NCBI GenBank assembly: GCA_965207675.1
Contig: CBDBMY010000008.1
Span: 8,545-72,544, forward strand
Reading direction: 5' to 3'
Source of the DNA: Vicinamibacterales bacterium
GTDB taxonomy: Bacteria > Acidobacteriota > Vicinamibacteria > Vicinamibacterales > UBA8438
Length of the DNA: 64,000 bases
Of this stretch, positions 51,852-60,506 are shown one piece after another; the stretch's first letter is position 1, and every line of letters begins with the position of its first letter. A program made the position numbers and the translations under genes. The notes below the pieces were generated by a model. The model was not told the DNA's origin, searched no databases, and was given only the letters and a program-made list of their open reading frames with translations.

Positions 51852-51904
51852 TCAAGCGCAGGCCCGTCCCGCACGCAGCACCCGCCGACTACCGCGAACC
51901 CGTT

Positions 51905-51933
51905 ATTCTAACCGGCCGCCCTCGCCCCATCAA
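51905..51933 (-). promoter_or_regulatory. Candidate promoter of tRNA-Gln-prs-rplY-pth
   Basis: Minus strand: TTGATG (51933-51928, overlapping the ispE TGA stop), 17 nt, TAGAAT (51910-51905). Confidence 0.5.
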
Positions 51934-52889
51934 GGCTCGGCCGCGCCGCGCCGCGGTCGAACCAGGAACCGGCGCGCGAGCCCGGCCCGGTCCATCGTCC
52001 GGGTGACCCACGCGGTCCACCCCGGGCGGCCGCGCAGGCGCCGGACCGCGCCTGCGGCCGCGTCGCGGCGCTCGAAGAGGCCGAACACCGCGGAGCCGCT
52101 GCCCGTCATGCCGGCCCGGCCGGCGCCGGCCTCCGAAAGCAGCCCGATCGCCGCGCCGATGCCGGCCCGACGCCTCGCCACCGGCTCCTCGAGGTCGTTC
52201 CGGAGCCCCTCGAGCACGAGCGCCGCCCCGCAAAACCGCACCGGCGGCGCGGCGGCCCTCCCGGCCGCCGGTCCCCGGCCCGCACGGCCCCGGTCTTCAT
52301 CGAGCCAGCCGTAGGCGGTGGCGGCCGAGACGCCGTACGGCGGAGCCGCCACCACCACCCACCGCCGGGCCTGCTCGGCGAGCGGGTGAACCTCGTCGCC
52401 GCGCCCCAACCCGAGAGCCGTGCCGCCGACGAGGAAGAAGGGGCCGTCCGCCCCCACCTCGGCGGCCAGCGCGTGAAGCCGACCCGGGGGCGGCGTTCGT
52501 CCCCACAGGAGGCACAGGCCCCTCAGCGCGGCCACCGCGTCGGCGGTGCCGCCCCCCAGGCCCGCCGCCACCGGAATCCGCTTCCGGATGGTCACCGCGA
52601 CGCCCCGCACCTCGCCGCTCCCGCCCAGCTCGGTCCAGAGGCCCTGCGCGGCCCGGTGCACCAGGTTGTCCCTTCCCGAGGGCACCTCGGCGGCGGAGCA
52701 ACGAATGCGGCAGTCCCCCTCGACCGCCCGCAACGTCAGGGTGTCGTGCAAGCCGATGGACTGCAGGATGGTGCGCAGATCGTGGAAGCCGTCGCGGCGC
52801 CGGCCGCCGACCCGCAGGTCGAGGTTGACCTTGGCGTGCGCCCGCAGGGTCACCCGCCGGCGCGGTCCGGCCGCCGGCGAAGCGCTCAT
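51930..52889 (-). CDS. ispE: 4-diphosphocytidyl-2-C-methyl-D-erythritol kinase
   Basis: Inner part of ORF 51930..53681, from ATG 52889 (ATGA overlap with the upstream stop): ...[22 protein letters not shown]...; GHMP motif PVAAGLGGGTADA. Confidence 0.92.
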   Translation of the reverse strand: MSASPAAGPRRRVTLRAHAKVNLDLRVGGRRRDGFHDLRTILQSIGLHDTLTLRAVEGDCRIRCSAAEVPSGRDNLVHRAAQGLWTELGGSGEVRGVAVTIRKRIPVAAGLGGGTADAVAALRGLCLLWGRTPPPGRLHALAAEVGADGPFFLVGGTALGLGRGDEVHPLAEQARRWVVVAAPPYGVSAATAYGWLDEDRGRAGRGPAAGRAAAPPVRFCGAALVLEGLRNDLEEPVARRRAGIGAAIGLLSEAGAGRAGMTGSGSAVFGLFERRDAAAGAVRRLRGRPGWTAWVTRTMDRAGLARRFLVRPRRGAAEP

Positions 52890-53701
52890 ATCGGCTCGAC
52901 CGGGACCTCCAGCGGGCCCGCTCCGCTCAGCTCCTCGAGGGTCGCGGGCGCGACGCCCGCGGGCACCGCCAGCTGGAACGCCTCGGCACCGAGCGCGACG
53001 TTGGTGCTGACCTGCGACAGCCGGGCCGTCAGGTCGGTCAGGGGTCCGCCACCGCCGCCATCCGCGTCGTCGGACGACACGCGCACCAGCCGCGGCAGGC
53101 GGCGGCGGAACTCGCTGTACTCGATCGTCAGCCCGTCCCGCGTCCCCGCGGCCAAGCGGTGCTCGCCCTCGATCTCGCGCAGCCACGCGACGGCGCCCCC
53201 GGCGAGATCGACGGCGATCCAGTCGCCGTGGCGCCGCCCCGCGGTCGGCCGCGGCTCGGGCACCAGGCAGCCGGTCAGCACCGCCCTCAGGTCGTCCGGC
53301 CCGAACGGGATGCCGGTCAGGCTCGCGAGCAGCTCGGGGGCCGGCACCCCCGTCACCACCCGGGCCTCCCGGGTCAGCCACAACGTGGCGTCCCCCGGCG
53401 ACGCCACCAGGTAGAAGACCGGCGCACCGAACGGGGCCAGTCCCTCCAGCCGCATGGACGCGGGCTCGGCCAGCCCGGCCCGCACCCGCCCCCTCAGCGC
53501 GGCCCCGCCGCCTCTCCCGCTGAGCCGGATCAGCGTCTCGACGGACCTCACGCTCCGGCACTCGGAAACCACCGAGCCGAAGAGTCGTTCGAACCCCGGG
53601 TAGGGGATGCCGGGTCCGTCCGGGAGGATCAGCCGGGTCGAGCCGCAGCCGGCCGCCACGGCGGCGGCAGAGCAGATCCACAGGACGCGAAGACCGCTCA
53701 T
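52886..53701 (-). CDS. Outer-membrane lipoprotein, LolB-like (assignment mainly by position upstream of ispE)
   Basis: Inner part of ORF 52886..54181, from ATG 53701: MSGLRVLWICSAAAVAAGCGS... (signal peptide plus lipobox-like AAGC). Sits in the TPR/lolB/ispE/tRNA-Gln/prs order known from proteobacteria. Confidence 0.65.
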   Translation of the reverse strand: MSGLRVLWICSAAAVAAGCGSTRLILPDGPGIPYPGFERLFGSVVSECRSVRSVETLIRLSGRGGGAALRGRVRAGLAEPASMRLEGLAPFGAPVFYLVASPGDATLWLTREARVVTGVPAPELLASLTGIPFGPDDLRAVLTGCLVPEPRPTAGRRHGDWIAVDLAGGAVAWLREIEGEHRLAAGTRDGLTIEYSEFRRRLPRLVRVSSDDADGGGGGPLTDLTARLSQVSTNVALGAEAFQLAVPAGVAPATLEELSGAGPLEVPVEPI

Positions 53702-53743
53702 CGTTCGCCGCAACCGTTTCGACCCCGCCGTCGGGGCGCCCAA

Positions 53744-53833
53744 GCCGCCCGTCGGCTCCGCTGGGCGCGCAGCCGACCCTGCGGGGAGCCGGCGCCTCCT
53801 CCGGAGGCGCGCCATTCTACGCCGCGGACTCCC
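53744..53833 (-). repeat. Family A repeat, second of a tandem pair
   Basis: Sense strand: GGGAGTCCGCGGCGTAGAATGGCGCGCCTCCGGAGGAGGCGCCGGCTCCCCGCAGGGTCGGCTGCGCGCCCAGCGGAGCCGACGGGCGGC. Confidence 0.8.
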
Positions 53834-53835
53834 AG

Positions 53836-53937
53836 CCCACCCATCGTCGCCTACGGCTCCGCTGGGCGCCCAACCAACCGGCCAGGGAGTCTGCGCCTCC
53901 TCCGGAGTCGGCACCGTTCTACGGGCGCAGACTCCTA
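53836..53937 (-). repeat. Family A repeat, first of a tandem pair (after the TPR gene stop)
   Basis: Sense strand: TAGGAGTCTGCGCCCGTAGAACGGTGCCGACTCCGGAGGAGGCGCAGACTCCCTGGCCGGTTGGTTGGGCGCCCAGCGGAGCCGTAGGCGACGATGGGTGGG. Confidence 0.85.
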
Positions 53938-55794
53938 GCGCTCCGAGCCCAGGCGGGCCCGCGCGTCGCGAATCTTGGCCTCCAGCGCTTCCGCTTCGAC
54001 CCCCTCGCGGTCGCCGGCGAGGGCGCGCTCCCAGGCGTCGATGGCTTCCGCGTAGCGCTCGAAGCGGAACAGCAGGTCGCCCATGTGGTCCTGCACCACC
54101 GAGTTGCGCGGCAGCTGATCGCTCGCCGCGCGCAGCGGCGATTCGGCGAGCTCGAGCTCGTCCTGCTGGAAGTAGGCCCATCCGAGGCTGTCGAGGTAGG
54201 CCCCGTTGTGGGGGTCGAGCTCGAGGGCTCGGCGGATGAGGTCGACCGACTCGTCGAGCCGCTCGCCCCGCTCGGCGAGCATGTAGCCCAGGTAGTTGAG
54301 CGTCTGCGCGTCGTCGGGGTCCTGCTCGAGCACGCGCCGGAACGCGCCCTCCGCCTCCTCGAACCGCCGGCCGCGCTCGAAGACGGCGCCGAGCTGGAAC
54401 AGGATCAGGGTGTTGCCCGGAAACCGATCTTCGGCCGACCGCAGGACGCCGACCGCCTCGTCGACCCGGTCGTGCTGGCTGTAGAGATCGGCCAGCACCA
54501 CGTGCGCGATGGGCTCGTCCTCGTAGCGCGTACGCGCCCGCTCGAGCAGCGAGACGGCGTCGTCGACCGATCCGCGGGCGGACAGCACACGGGCGTCGAG
54601 CCGCATCAGGGTGAGATCGTCGCGCCGCGCGCTACGGATCTCGGACACCAGATCGCCCGCTTCGTCGAGGCGCCCCGCGTCGAGATAGACCTGCACGAGC
54701 TGCGCCTGCAGCCCGAGGTTGGACGGCACCAGCTCGAGGGCGTCGGCCAGGGAGTCGGCGGCGGCGTCGAGGTCGCCGACGCTCTGCTGGGCGAACCCCA
54801 GCTGCTGCAGGAGCCCGGCCACCTGCCGGGTATCGCCGCCGCCCGCCCGCACCCGTTGCACCACCGGGGCCAGCACGTCCGCCATCTCTCGATAGCGGCG
54901 CTTGCCGCCGAGGGCCCGGGACAGCAGGTAGGGGCCCCGCAGCTCGTCCGGCTCGAGCTCGACCACCCGCCGGGCCGCCGTCTCGGCGGCGTCGAAGTCG
55001 CCGGCCTCGAGCTCGAGACCGGCGAGCCGATACCAGCCGTTCGTGTCGTCCGGTCGAAGCTGGACGAGCTCCTCCAGCACCTCGACGGCCCGGTCCGTCC
55101 GCCCCGCGTTCGCCAGGGCATTGGCGAGCTGGCGGCGGTAGCGGGCTCGCCGGGGGCTGTACAGGACGGCGAGCTCATAGGCGGCGGCAGCCTCGTCCCA
55201 TTGGTCGAGGGCCTCGTGCGCGCGGGCCAGCAGCACCTGACCGTCGGCGAACCGCGGCTCGAAGTCGAGCATGTCGCTCAGCACCTCGACGGCCGGCTCC
55301 GGCTGCCGGGTGGAGAGGTAGAGGCGCCCCAGGGTGATGGACAGCATCACGTCGGGCCTCTGTGGATTGCGCGCCTCGGCGAGGTGGTCCATGGCCAGAT
55401 CCACGTCGGACTGCGTCGGCCTCTCCCGGGACTCCACCCGGGCGGCGTAGACGAGGCCCAGCGTGCGGTGGGCCTCCCGATCCTCGGGATTCCGGTCCAA
55501 CGCCTCGTTCCCGGCCTCGATCGCCTCGTCGGGCCGGTTGCGGCGCGCGTAGAGGCCGGCCAGCTCGGTCCAGATCCCCGACGACGCGGGATCGAGCTCC
55601 ACCGCCCGCCGGTAGGCGTCGACCGCCTCCTCGATCCGATCCTCCCGCTCCAGGGTCCGGCCCAGGATGAAGGCATGGTACGCGGCGGCGCGATCGTCCA
55701 GGCCCGGGGGCTCGGGCGCCGGTGCTTGGGCTTGGGCGATGGCTCCCGGTGCCAGTACGCCCGCGACGAACAGAGCGCTGATTGGAAACCGCAT
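53935..55794 (-). CDS. Secreted tetratricopeptide-repeat (TPR) protein
   Basis: Inner part of ORF 53935..56130, from ATG 55794: MRFPISALFVAGVLAPGAIAQAQA (signal peptide), then more than 10 TPR-like units. Alternative start ATG 55827. Confidence 0.8.
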   Translation of the reverse strand: MRFPISALFVAGVLAPGAIAQAQAPAPEPPGLDDRAAAYHAFILGRTLEREDRIEEAVDAYRRAVELDPASSGIWTELAGLYARRNRPDEAIEAGNEALDRNPEDREAHRTLGLVYAARVESRERPTQSDVDLAMDHLAEARNPQRPDVMLSITLGRLYLSTRQPEPAVEVLSDMLDFEPRFADGQVLLARAHEALDQWDEAAAAYELAVLYSPRRARYRRQLANALANAGRTDRAVEVLEELVQLRPDDTNGWYRLAGLELEAGDFDAAETAARRVVELEPDELRGPYLLSRALGGKRRYREMADVLAPVVQRVRAGGGDTRQVAGLLQQLGFAQQSVGDLDAAADSLADALELVPSNLGLQAQLVQVYLDAGRLDEAGDLVSEIRSARRDDLTLMRLDARVLSARGSVDDAVSLLERARTRYEDEPIAHVVLADLYSQHDRVDEAVGVLRSAEDRFPGNTLILFQLGAVFERGRRFEEAEGAFRRVLEQDPDDAQTLNYLGYMLAERGERLDESVDLIRRALELDPHNGAYLDSLGWAYFQQDELELAESPLRAASDQLPRNSVVQDHMGDLLFRFERYAEAIDAWERALAGDREGVEAEALEAKIRDARARLGSER

Positions 55795-55897
55795 AAGGCC
55801 CGCATTGTTCCACAACGACCCGACCATGAACAACCGCCCGGCGGGCATGCGTGGGCATGCGGCCGGCCGCACCGCCTCCGCGAGCCGTCCCCGCGCT

Positions 55898-55999
55898 GGT
55901 GCGAGCGCCGGGGCGAGGGCTCGGAAACCTGTCCGTTGCGGCAGTAGGTGAGCAACCAGGCGTGCGCCGGTGCGAGCGCCGGGGCGCGGGCTCGGAAAC
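55898..55999. repeat. Tandem direct repeat (31 nt x2, period 71) in a divergent intergenic region
   Basis: ggtgcgagcgccggggcgagggctcggaaac at 55898-55928 vs ggtgcgagcgccggggcgcgggctcggaaac at 55969-55999. Confidence 0.88.
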
Positions 56000-56058
56000 G
56001 GGGGCGGCAGAGGGCCGTTCCGGACGCCCGGGTACGCCCCGGAGCGGCAGGGGCGGTC

Positions 56059-56067
56059 TGGTATAGT
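56059..56067 (+). promoter_or_regulatory. Candidate extended -10 promoter for trm112 and the O-antigen-ligase-like gene
   Basis: TGgTATAGT about 27 nt upstream of ATG 56094; no good -35. Confidence 0.3.
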
Positions 56068-56093
56068 CTGATCTTCCCGGGGGAGGTGCGGTG

Positions 56094-56318
56094 ATGCCGG
56101 TCGACGCGGAGCTTCTCGAGATCCTCGCATGTCCCAAGTGCCGGACGCCCGTCACGCCCGTGCGCGACGGCGCCGGCCTGAAGTGCGGAGTCTGTCACAG
56201 GGTGTATCCGATCACGGACGACATACCGGTCATGCTCATCGACGAAGCGACCATCGAGGAACCGCCCGAGACCCAGGGGCCGCGCCCGCTCGAAGAACCG
56301 CCCGCATCAGCCGAATGA
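56094..56318 (+). CDS. Trm112/UPF0434 family zinc-ribbon protein
   Basis: ORF 56091..56318; ATG 56094 lies 7 nt after GGAGG. ...LLEILACPKCRTPV...LKCGVCHRVYPITDDIPVMLIDEA. Confidence 0.88.
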   Translation: MPVDAELLEILACPKCRTPVTPVRDGAGLKCGVCHRVYPITDDIPVMLIDEATIEEPPETQGPRPLEEPPASAE

Positions 56319-57505
56319 CCGCCCCCAGACTGCCGGGACTCGAAGCCGCGGCCTTCGCGACGCTCCTCGGTTTCGTGGCCGCGCTGCAGGTTTCAATCGC
56401 CGCCGCCGGCATCCTGCTGACCTTCACCCTCGGGCTCTGGATCGCGTTGCTGGCCAGGGAGCGCGAGCGGCCGGCGGGACCGCCGTTCCTGCCCCCCCTG
56501 CTCGCCTACGCGGCTGCGACCTTCGTCTCGGCCGCGTTCTCCCTCGACCCCGGCGCCAGCCTCGTCGACTCGCGGGAGGTGCTGCTCTTCGTCGTGGTGC
56601 CGATAGTGCACCGTCTGGCCCGGCACGAGCGGGCGCAGACCGTGGCCACCCTCGTCGTGACCGTCGGGGCCACCACCGCGGTATGGGGGGTCGTGCAGTA
56701 CGGCGTTCTCGAGTACGACCACCTCGGACGGCGGCCGGACGGCACGATGGGGCACTACATGACCTATTCCGGGCTGCTGGCGCTCACCATCTCCCTCGCC
56801 GCCGCCCGCGTGCTCTTCGATCGCCGCCGTCGCCTGTGGTCCTCCCTGGTGATGCCCGCCCTCCTCGTGGCGCTGGCGGTGACGCTGACCCGCAGCTACT
56901 GGGTCGGCGCGGGGGCCGCCATCGCGGTTCTGTGCCTGCTGAGGGACCTGCGGCTGTTGGCGGTGGCCCCGGTGCTCGCGGCCCTGGTGCTGGCCCTCGC
57001 TCCCCCGCAGATCAGCGACCGCCTGTACTCGGCCTTCGACCCGGAGGATCCGACGGTCCGCGACCGACTGGCGATGGCGCGGGCGGGGGTGCGGATCATC
57101 CGAGACCATCCCTGGACCGGGGTGGGTCCGGACATGGTGCAGGAGGTGTACCCGCGGTACCGCGATGCGGGAGCCGTGCTGGAGGAGAACCCGCACCTGC
57201 ACAACGTGCCGGTCCAGATCGCGGCCGAGCGGGGGCTGCCCGCCCTCGCGGTCTGGTGCCTGTTCGTGGTCGCGGCGGTCCGCCACCTGTTCCGGCTGCT
57301 GGACGACGAAGCGGCCCGCCCCCTCGCCGCGGCGGGCCTCGCGGCGGTCGCGGCCATGCTCACCGGCGGCCTGTTCGAGTACAACTTCGGCGACTCGGAG
57401 TTCCTGATGCTGTTCCTCGTCGTCCTCGCCCTGCCGCAGGCGGCCGCCCTGCGCCCGGCCGCCCCCCGGCCCGCGCCGACCGGCCCCGACCCGTCCCACG
57501 GCTGA
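56315..57505 (+). CDS. O-antigen ligase/polymerase (Wzy_C-like) family membrane protein
   Basis: Inner part of ORF 56129..57505, from ATG 56315 (ATGA overlap with the trm112 stop). About 10 TM segments plus a loop with ...RDRLAMARAGVRIIRDHPWTGVGPD... Confidence 0.7.
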   Translation: MTAPRLPGLEAAAFATLLGFVAALQVSIAAAGILLTFTLGLWIALLARERERPAGPPFLPPLLAYAAATFVSAAFSLDPGASLVDSREVLLFVVVPIVHRLARHERAQTVATLVVTVGATTAVWGVVQYGVLEYDHLGRRPDGTMGHYMTYSGLLALTISLAAARVLFDRRRRLWSSLVMPALLVALAVTLTRSYWVGAGAAIAVLCLLRDLRLLAVAPVLAALVLALAPPQISDRLYSAFDPEDPTVRDRLAMARAGVRIIRDHPWTGVGPDMVQEVYPRYRDAGAVLEENPHLHNVPVQIAAERGLPALAVWCLFVVAAVRHLFRLLDDEAARPLAAAGLAAVAAMLTGGLFEYNFGDSEFLMLFLVVLALPQAAALRPAAPRPAPTGPDPSHG

Positions 57506-57604
57506 CCGGCCGCGGCCCGGGGACGGATCGGTTGGGGGGGCGAGCCGGCAGGCGGCATCTCGCGGGTCCGGCCGGAACCGGAGCTCCACCGCGCGCCGCC
57601 GCCC

Positions 57605-59206
57605 TCAGTGCCGGAAGTGCCGCCGCCCCGTGAACACCATCGCCAGGCCGTGCTCGTCGGCGGCGGCGACGACCTCCTCGTCCCGAACCGACCCCCCGGG
57701 CTGGACCACCGCGGTCGCGCCGGCCGCGGCAATGGCGTCGAGGCCGTCGCGGAACGGGAAGAACGCATCGGAGGCGGCCACCGTGCCGCTCAGCCCCGCC
57801 GCCTTCATCACCGCCACCTTCACGGCGTCGACCCGGCTCATCTGGCCGGCGCCGATCGCGGCGAGCCGATCCGCCCGCGCGAACACCACCGCGTTCGACT
57901 TCACGTGGGCCGTGACCCGCCAGGCCAGCCGGAGGGCCGCCCACTCCGCTCCGGTCGGCCGCCGGCGGGTCATCACGCGAAGGCCGGACTCGGGGCGCCC
58001 CGCCGCCTCCGCCGTCCACGGCGCCGCCGCCTCGGTCACGCGGTCGCCGCCCTGCACGAGGAACGCGCCGAGAATGGACCGGACGTCGCGGTCCGGCCGG
58101 ACGCCCCCGGGCGCGAAGCAATCCGCGAGAACCAGCCGCAGGTTCTTCTTCGCCGCGAGGGTCGCGCGGGCCTCGTCGTCCGCGTCCGGCGCCACGACCG
58201 CCTCGATGAAGGTCGAGGCAATCGCTTCCGCCGTCATGCCGTCGATGCGGCGGTTCAGCCCCACGATCCCGCCGAACGCGGACAGGGCGTCGACCTCCCG
58301 CGCCGACACGTAGGCGTCGCTCAACGCGTCGGCGGTCGCCACCCCGCAGGGGTTGGTGTGCTTCACGACCACCGCGGCCGGCTCGTCGAACTCGCGCGCC
58401 AGCCGCGCCGCCGCGTCGAGATCCAGCAGGTTGGTGAACGACAGGGGCTTGCCCTGCACCACGCGAGCGCCGCCGAAACCCGCGTCGCCGGCGGCGTAGA
58501 GCGCCGCGGCCTGATGGGGATTCTCCCCGTATCGGAGGGTCCGGCGGCGATCCGCCCTCACCGCGAAGGTGTCCGGAACGAGCTCCTCCACGGGTGCCGC
58601 GCGCCGGATGAAGCGGCCGTCCGCGACCTCCACCGCCGACAGCGTGGAGGCGATGGCGCCGTCGTACGAGCCGGTGTGGGCGAACGCCTTGCGGGCGAGC
58701 GCCAGCCGGAAGTCGGGGTCCGGTCCCCCGGCGCGCCGCAGCGCCTCCAGGGTCTCGGGATAGTCGCCGGGATCGACGACCACGACCACGTCGCGGAAGT
58801 TCTTCGCGGCCGCGCGCACCAGCGTCGGCCCGCCGACGTCGATCTCCTCGACCAGCGCCTCGACGCCGGCGTCGGGGTCCGCCGCGACCCGGGCGAAGGG
58901 ATAGAGGTTGACGGCCACCACGTCGACGGGCCCGATGCCGTGGTCGTGGAGCGCCCGCAGGTCGCCGGGCTCGCCGCGGCGGGCGAGAATGCCGGCATGG
59001 ACGGCGGGATGCAGGGTCTTGACCCGACCGTCCATCATCTCCGGGAATCCCGTCACCGACGACACCGGGGTGACGGCGACCCCCGCCTCGGCCAACGTCC
59101 GCGCGGTGCCGCCGGTGGACACGATCTCGAAGCCGGCGGCGGCGAGGCCGCGGGCAAAGTCGGCGATGCCGGTCTTGTCCGATACGCTCAGCAACGCTCG
59201 TCTCAA
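57605..59206 (-). CDS. purH: Bifunctional AICAR transformylase / IMP cyclohydrolase
   Basis: 533 aa; TTG start with AGGAG upstream: (M)RRALLSVSDKTGIADFARGL...GGTARTL... Confidence 0.96.
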   Translation of the reverse strand: MRRALLSVSDKTGIADFARGLAAAGFEIVSTGGTARTLAEAGVAVTPVSSVTGFPEMMDGRVKTLHPAVHAGILARRGEPGDLRALHDHGIGPVDVVAVNLYPFARVAADPDAGVEALVEEIDVGGPTLVRAAAKNFRDVVVVVDPGDYPETLEALRRAGGPDPDFRLALARKAFAHTGSYDGAIASTLSAVEVADGRFIRRAAPVEELVPDTFAVRADRRRTLRYGENPHQAAALYAAGDAGFGGARVVQGKPLSFTNLLDLDAAARLAREFDEPAAVVVKHTNPCGVATADALSDAYVSAREVDALSAFGGIVGLNRRIDGMTAEAIASTFIEAVVAPDADDEARATLAAKKNLRLVLADCFAPGGVRPDRDVRSILGAFLVQGGDRVTEAAAPWTAEAAGRPESGLRVMTRRRPTGAEWAALRLAWRVTAHVKSNAVVFARADRLAAIGAGQMSRVDAVKVAVMKAAGLSGTVAASDAFFPFRDGLDAIAAAGATAVVQPGGSVRDEEVVAAADEHGLAMVFTGRRHFRH

Positions 59207-59758
59207 CTGATCACACTCCTCTCGGTCCTGCCGGCCCGGCGGCGGGGCCCTGCCGGGCTCTCGACCGGCGACGCACCCCGGTCGGAACCTGGCGCCTCGC
59301 CCGTTCGACCCGGGCCCCCGGCGACGGCCGACCGCTTCCGCCGGCCCGTCGCCGAGCCTCGTCCGCCCCCCTCGGTCGACCGGTAGTGCGCTGACCTAAA
59401 CCCACTCCCCCTTGTGGAGGACCCAGATGGCCCATCAAGATGTAGGGCATGGCGCATCGAGAGACGCATCGAGACAGGCAAGGGGCGGGGGGGTCTCAGG
59501 CGCCCCGGCGAGCCCGACCCGATCGGCTCGCAGGGGCTGCCGCACAGGAGTAGTGTATGCGAATGTCCGGGGGGACCCGGCAGACAACAACTTCGACTGG
59601 GTGACCACCCGGTACAGCTGCACGGCGAATGCGGCGTTCAAGCGCCTCCGGGATTTGGCCCAGACGAACGTCTGTACCCGCTGTGCTCAGATACAGAGCG
59701 ACGAACGGCCGTCCCAGCCACCTCCGAGATCACGGCACGCGGGTCGTTCTCAGACGCG

Positions 59759-59767
59759 TGCTATTAT
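59759..59767 (+). promoter_or_regulatory. Candidate extended -10 promoter for the ECF sigma gene
   Basis: TGcTATTAT in a locally AT-richer patch, about 92 nt upstream of ATG 59859. Confidence 0.3.
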
Positions 59768-59858
59768 TTCGCGACTCTTAGGTTTCGAAAAGCGACAATG
59801 TGGCACGGCGGTGCCGATTTCGGTGAACCCGTCGTGCTGGCGTGGGACCGCTGACGCC

Positions 59859-60386
59859 ATGCCCGAGAGCCCAGAGCTCGCGAAGGCGGCGAGGTGCCCG
59901 CTGCTTGAGAGAGACCCTGCAGGCTGGATCCGCTGCTGCACGCGGCGGTTCCTGCCCGTCGCCCGGCGCGTCGCCGGCGAGGATGCACTTGCCCGCGACG
60001 CGCTCCAGGAAGCCTGGATCATCGTGCTTCAGCGGCTGAACCAGTACCGGGGAGGCTCTCCGGCATGCAGCTGGGTCAGGGTGATCGTCCGCCACGAGGC
60101 GGTCCACCGCATCGCGGCCCAGACGCGCGAGACGCCGCTGAGCGGCGCCGAGCAGGCCGCGGACCAGCCCGAGATGAGGATCTACGAGGCCGAGCTGCGG
60201 GTTCTGCTGCTGGCGGCCATAGACGAGTTGCCGCCCACGTACCGCGAGGTCGTACGGCTGCGCGACATCGAGGAGCGCTCGACCACCGACGTCGCCGAGC
60301 AGCTCCACATCTCGAAGCGGAACGCCGCAGTCCGCCTGCACCGGGCGCACCGTCTGCTGAGGGCGCGGCTCCTGGCCCACCGGTGA
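59859..60386 (+). CDS. ECF-type RNA polymerase sigma factor (sigma-70 family group 4)
   Basis: Inner part of ORF 59412..60386, from ATG 59859. Region 2 (...DALQEAWIIVLQRLNQYRG...), region 4 HTH (...EVVRLRDIEERSTTDVAEQLHISKRNAAVRLHRAHRLLR). Confidence 0.85.
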   Translation: MPESPELAKAARCPLLERDPAGWIRCCTRRFLPVARRVAGEDALARDALQEAWIIVLQRLNQYRGGSPACSWVRVIVRHEAVHRIAAQTRETPLSGAEQAADQPEMRIYEAELRVLLLAAIDELPPTYREVVRLRDIEERSTTDVAEQLHISKRNAAVRLHRAHRLLRARLLAHR

Positions 60387-60392
60387 GTCGGC

Positions 60393-60500
60393 TCAGTAGA
60401 CGGCGGCCGCGTACCACTTCACCGCCAAGACGATGAGCAGCGTGAGGGCGAGAGCGGTCGTCATCACGCGGACCACGAGGCCCGCCCAGTCTTCGTACAT
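60393..60500 (-). CDS. Possible 35-aa single-pass membrane peptide (hypothetical)
   Basis: Hand translation: MYEDWAGLVVRVMTTALALTLLIVLAVKWYAAAVY*. Starts 6 nt after the stop of the upstream gene. No homology evidence. Confidence 0.3.
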   Translation of the reverse strand: MYEDWAGLVVRVMTTALALTLLIVLAVKWYAAAVY

Positions 60501-60506
60501 CGGCGG

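Noticed and set aside
59227-59311. Possible ZTP (pfl) riboswitch in the purH leader, its classic genomic context. The minus strand contains ACCGGGGTGCG and CCGCCGGGCC, resembling ACCGGGGAGCG and CCGCCUGGGC.
   Set aside because: As I recall the consensus, the invariant ACUGGCG-type junction and the CCUGGGC 3' element are not intact, and I could not draw the P1/P2/pseudoknot architecture. In this GC-rich DNA such partial matches can arise by chance. An Infernal search with RF01750 would settle the question.
59412-59858. An N-terminally extended ECF sigma factor (324 aa) starting at 59412.
   Set aside because: Sigma region 2 begins about 20 aa after Met 59859. The upstream 149 codons show no sigma-like or other domain features and include the AT-richer putative promoter.
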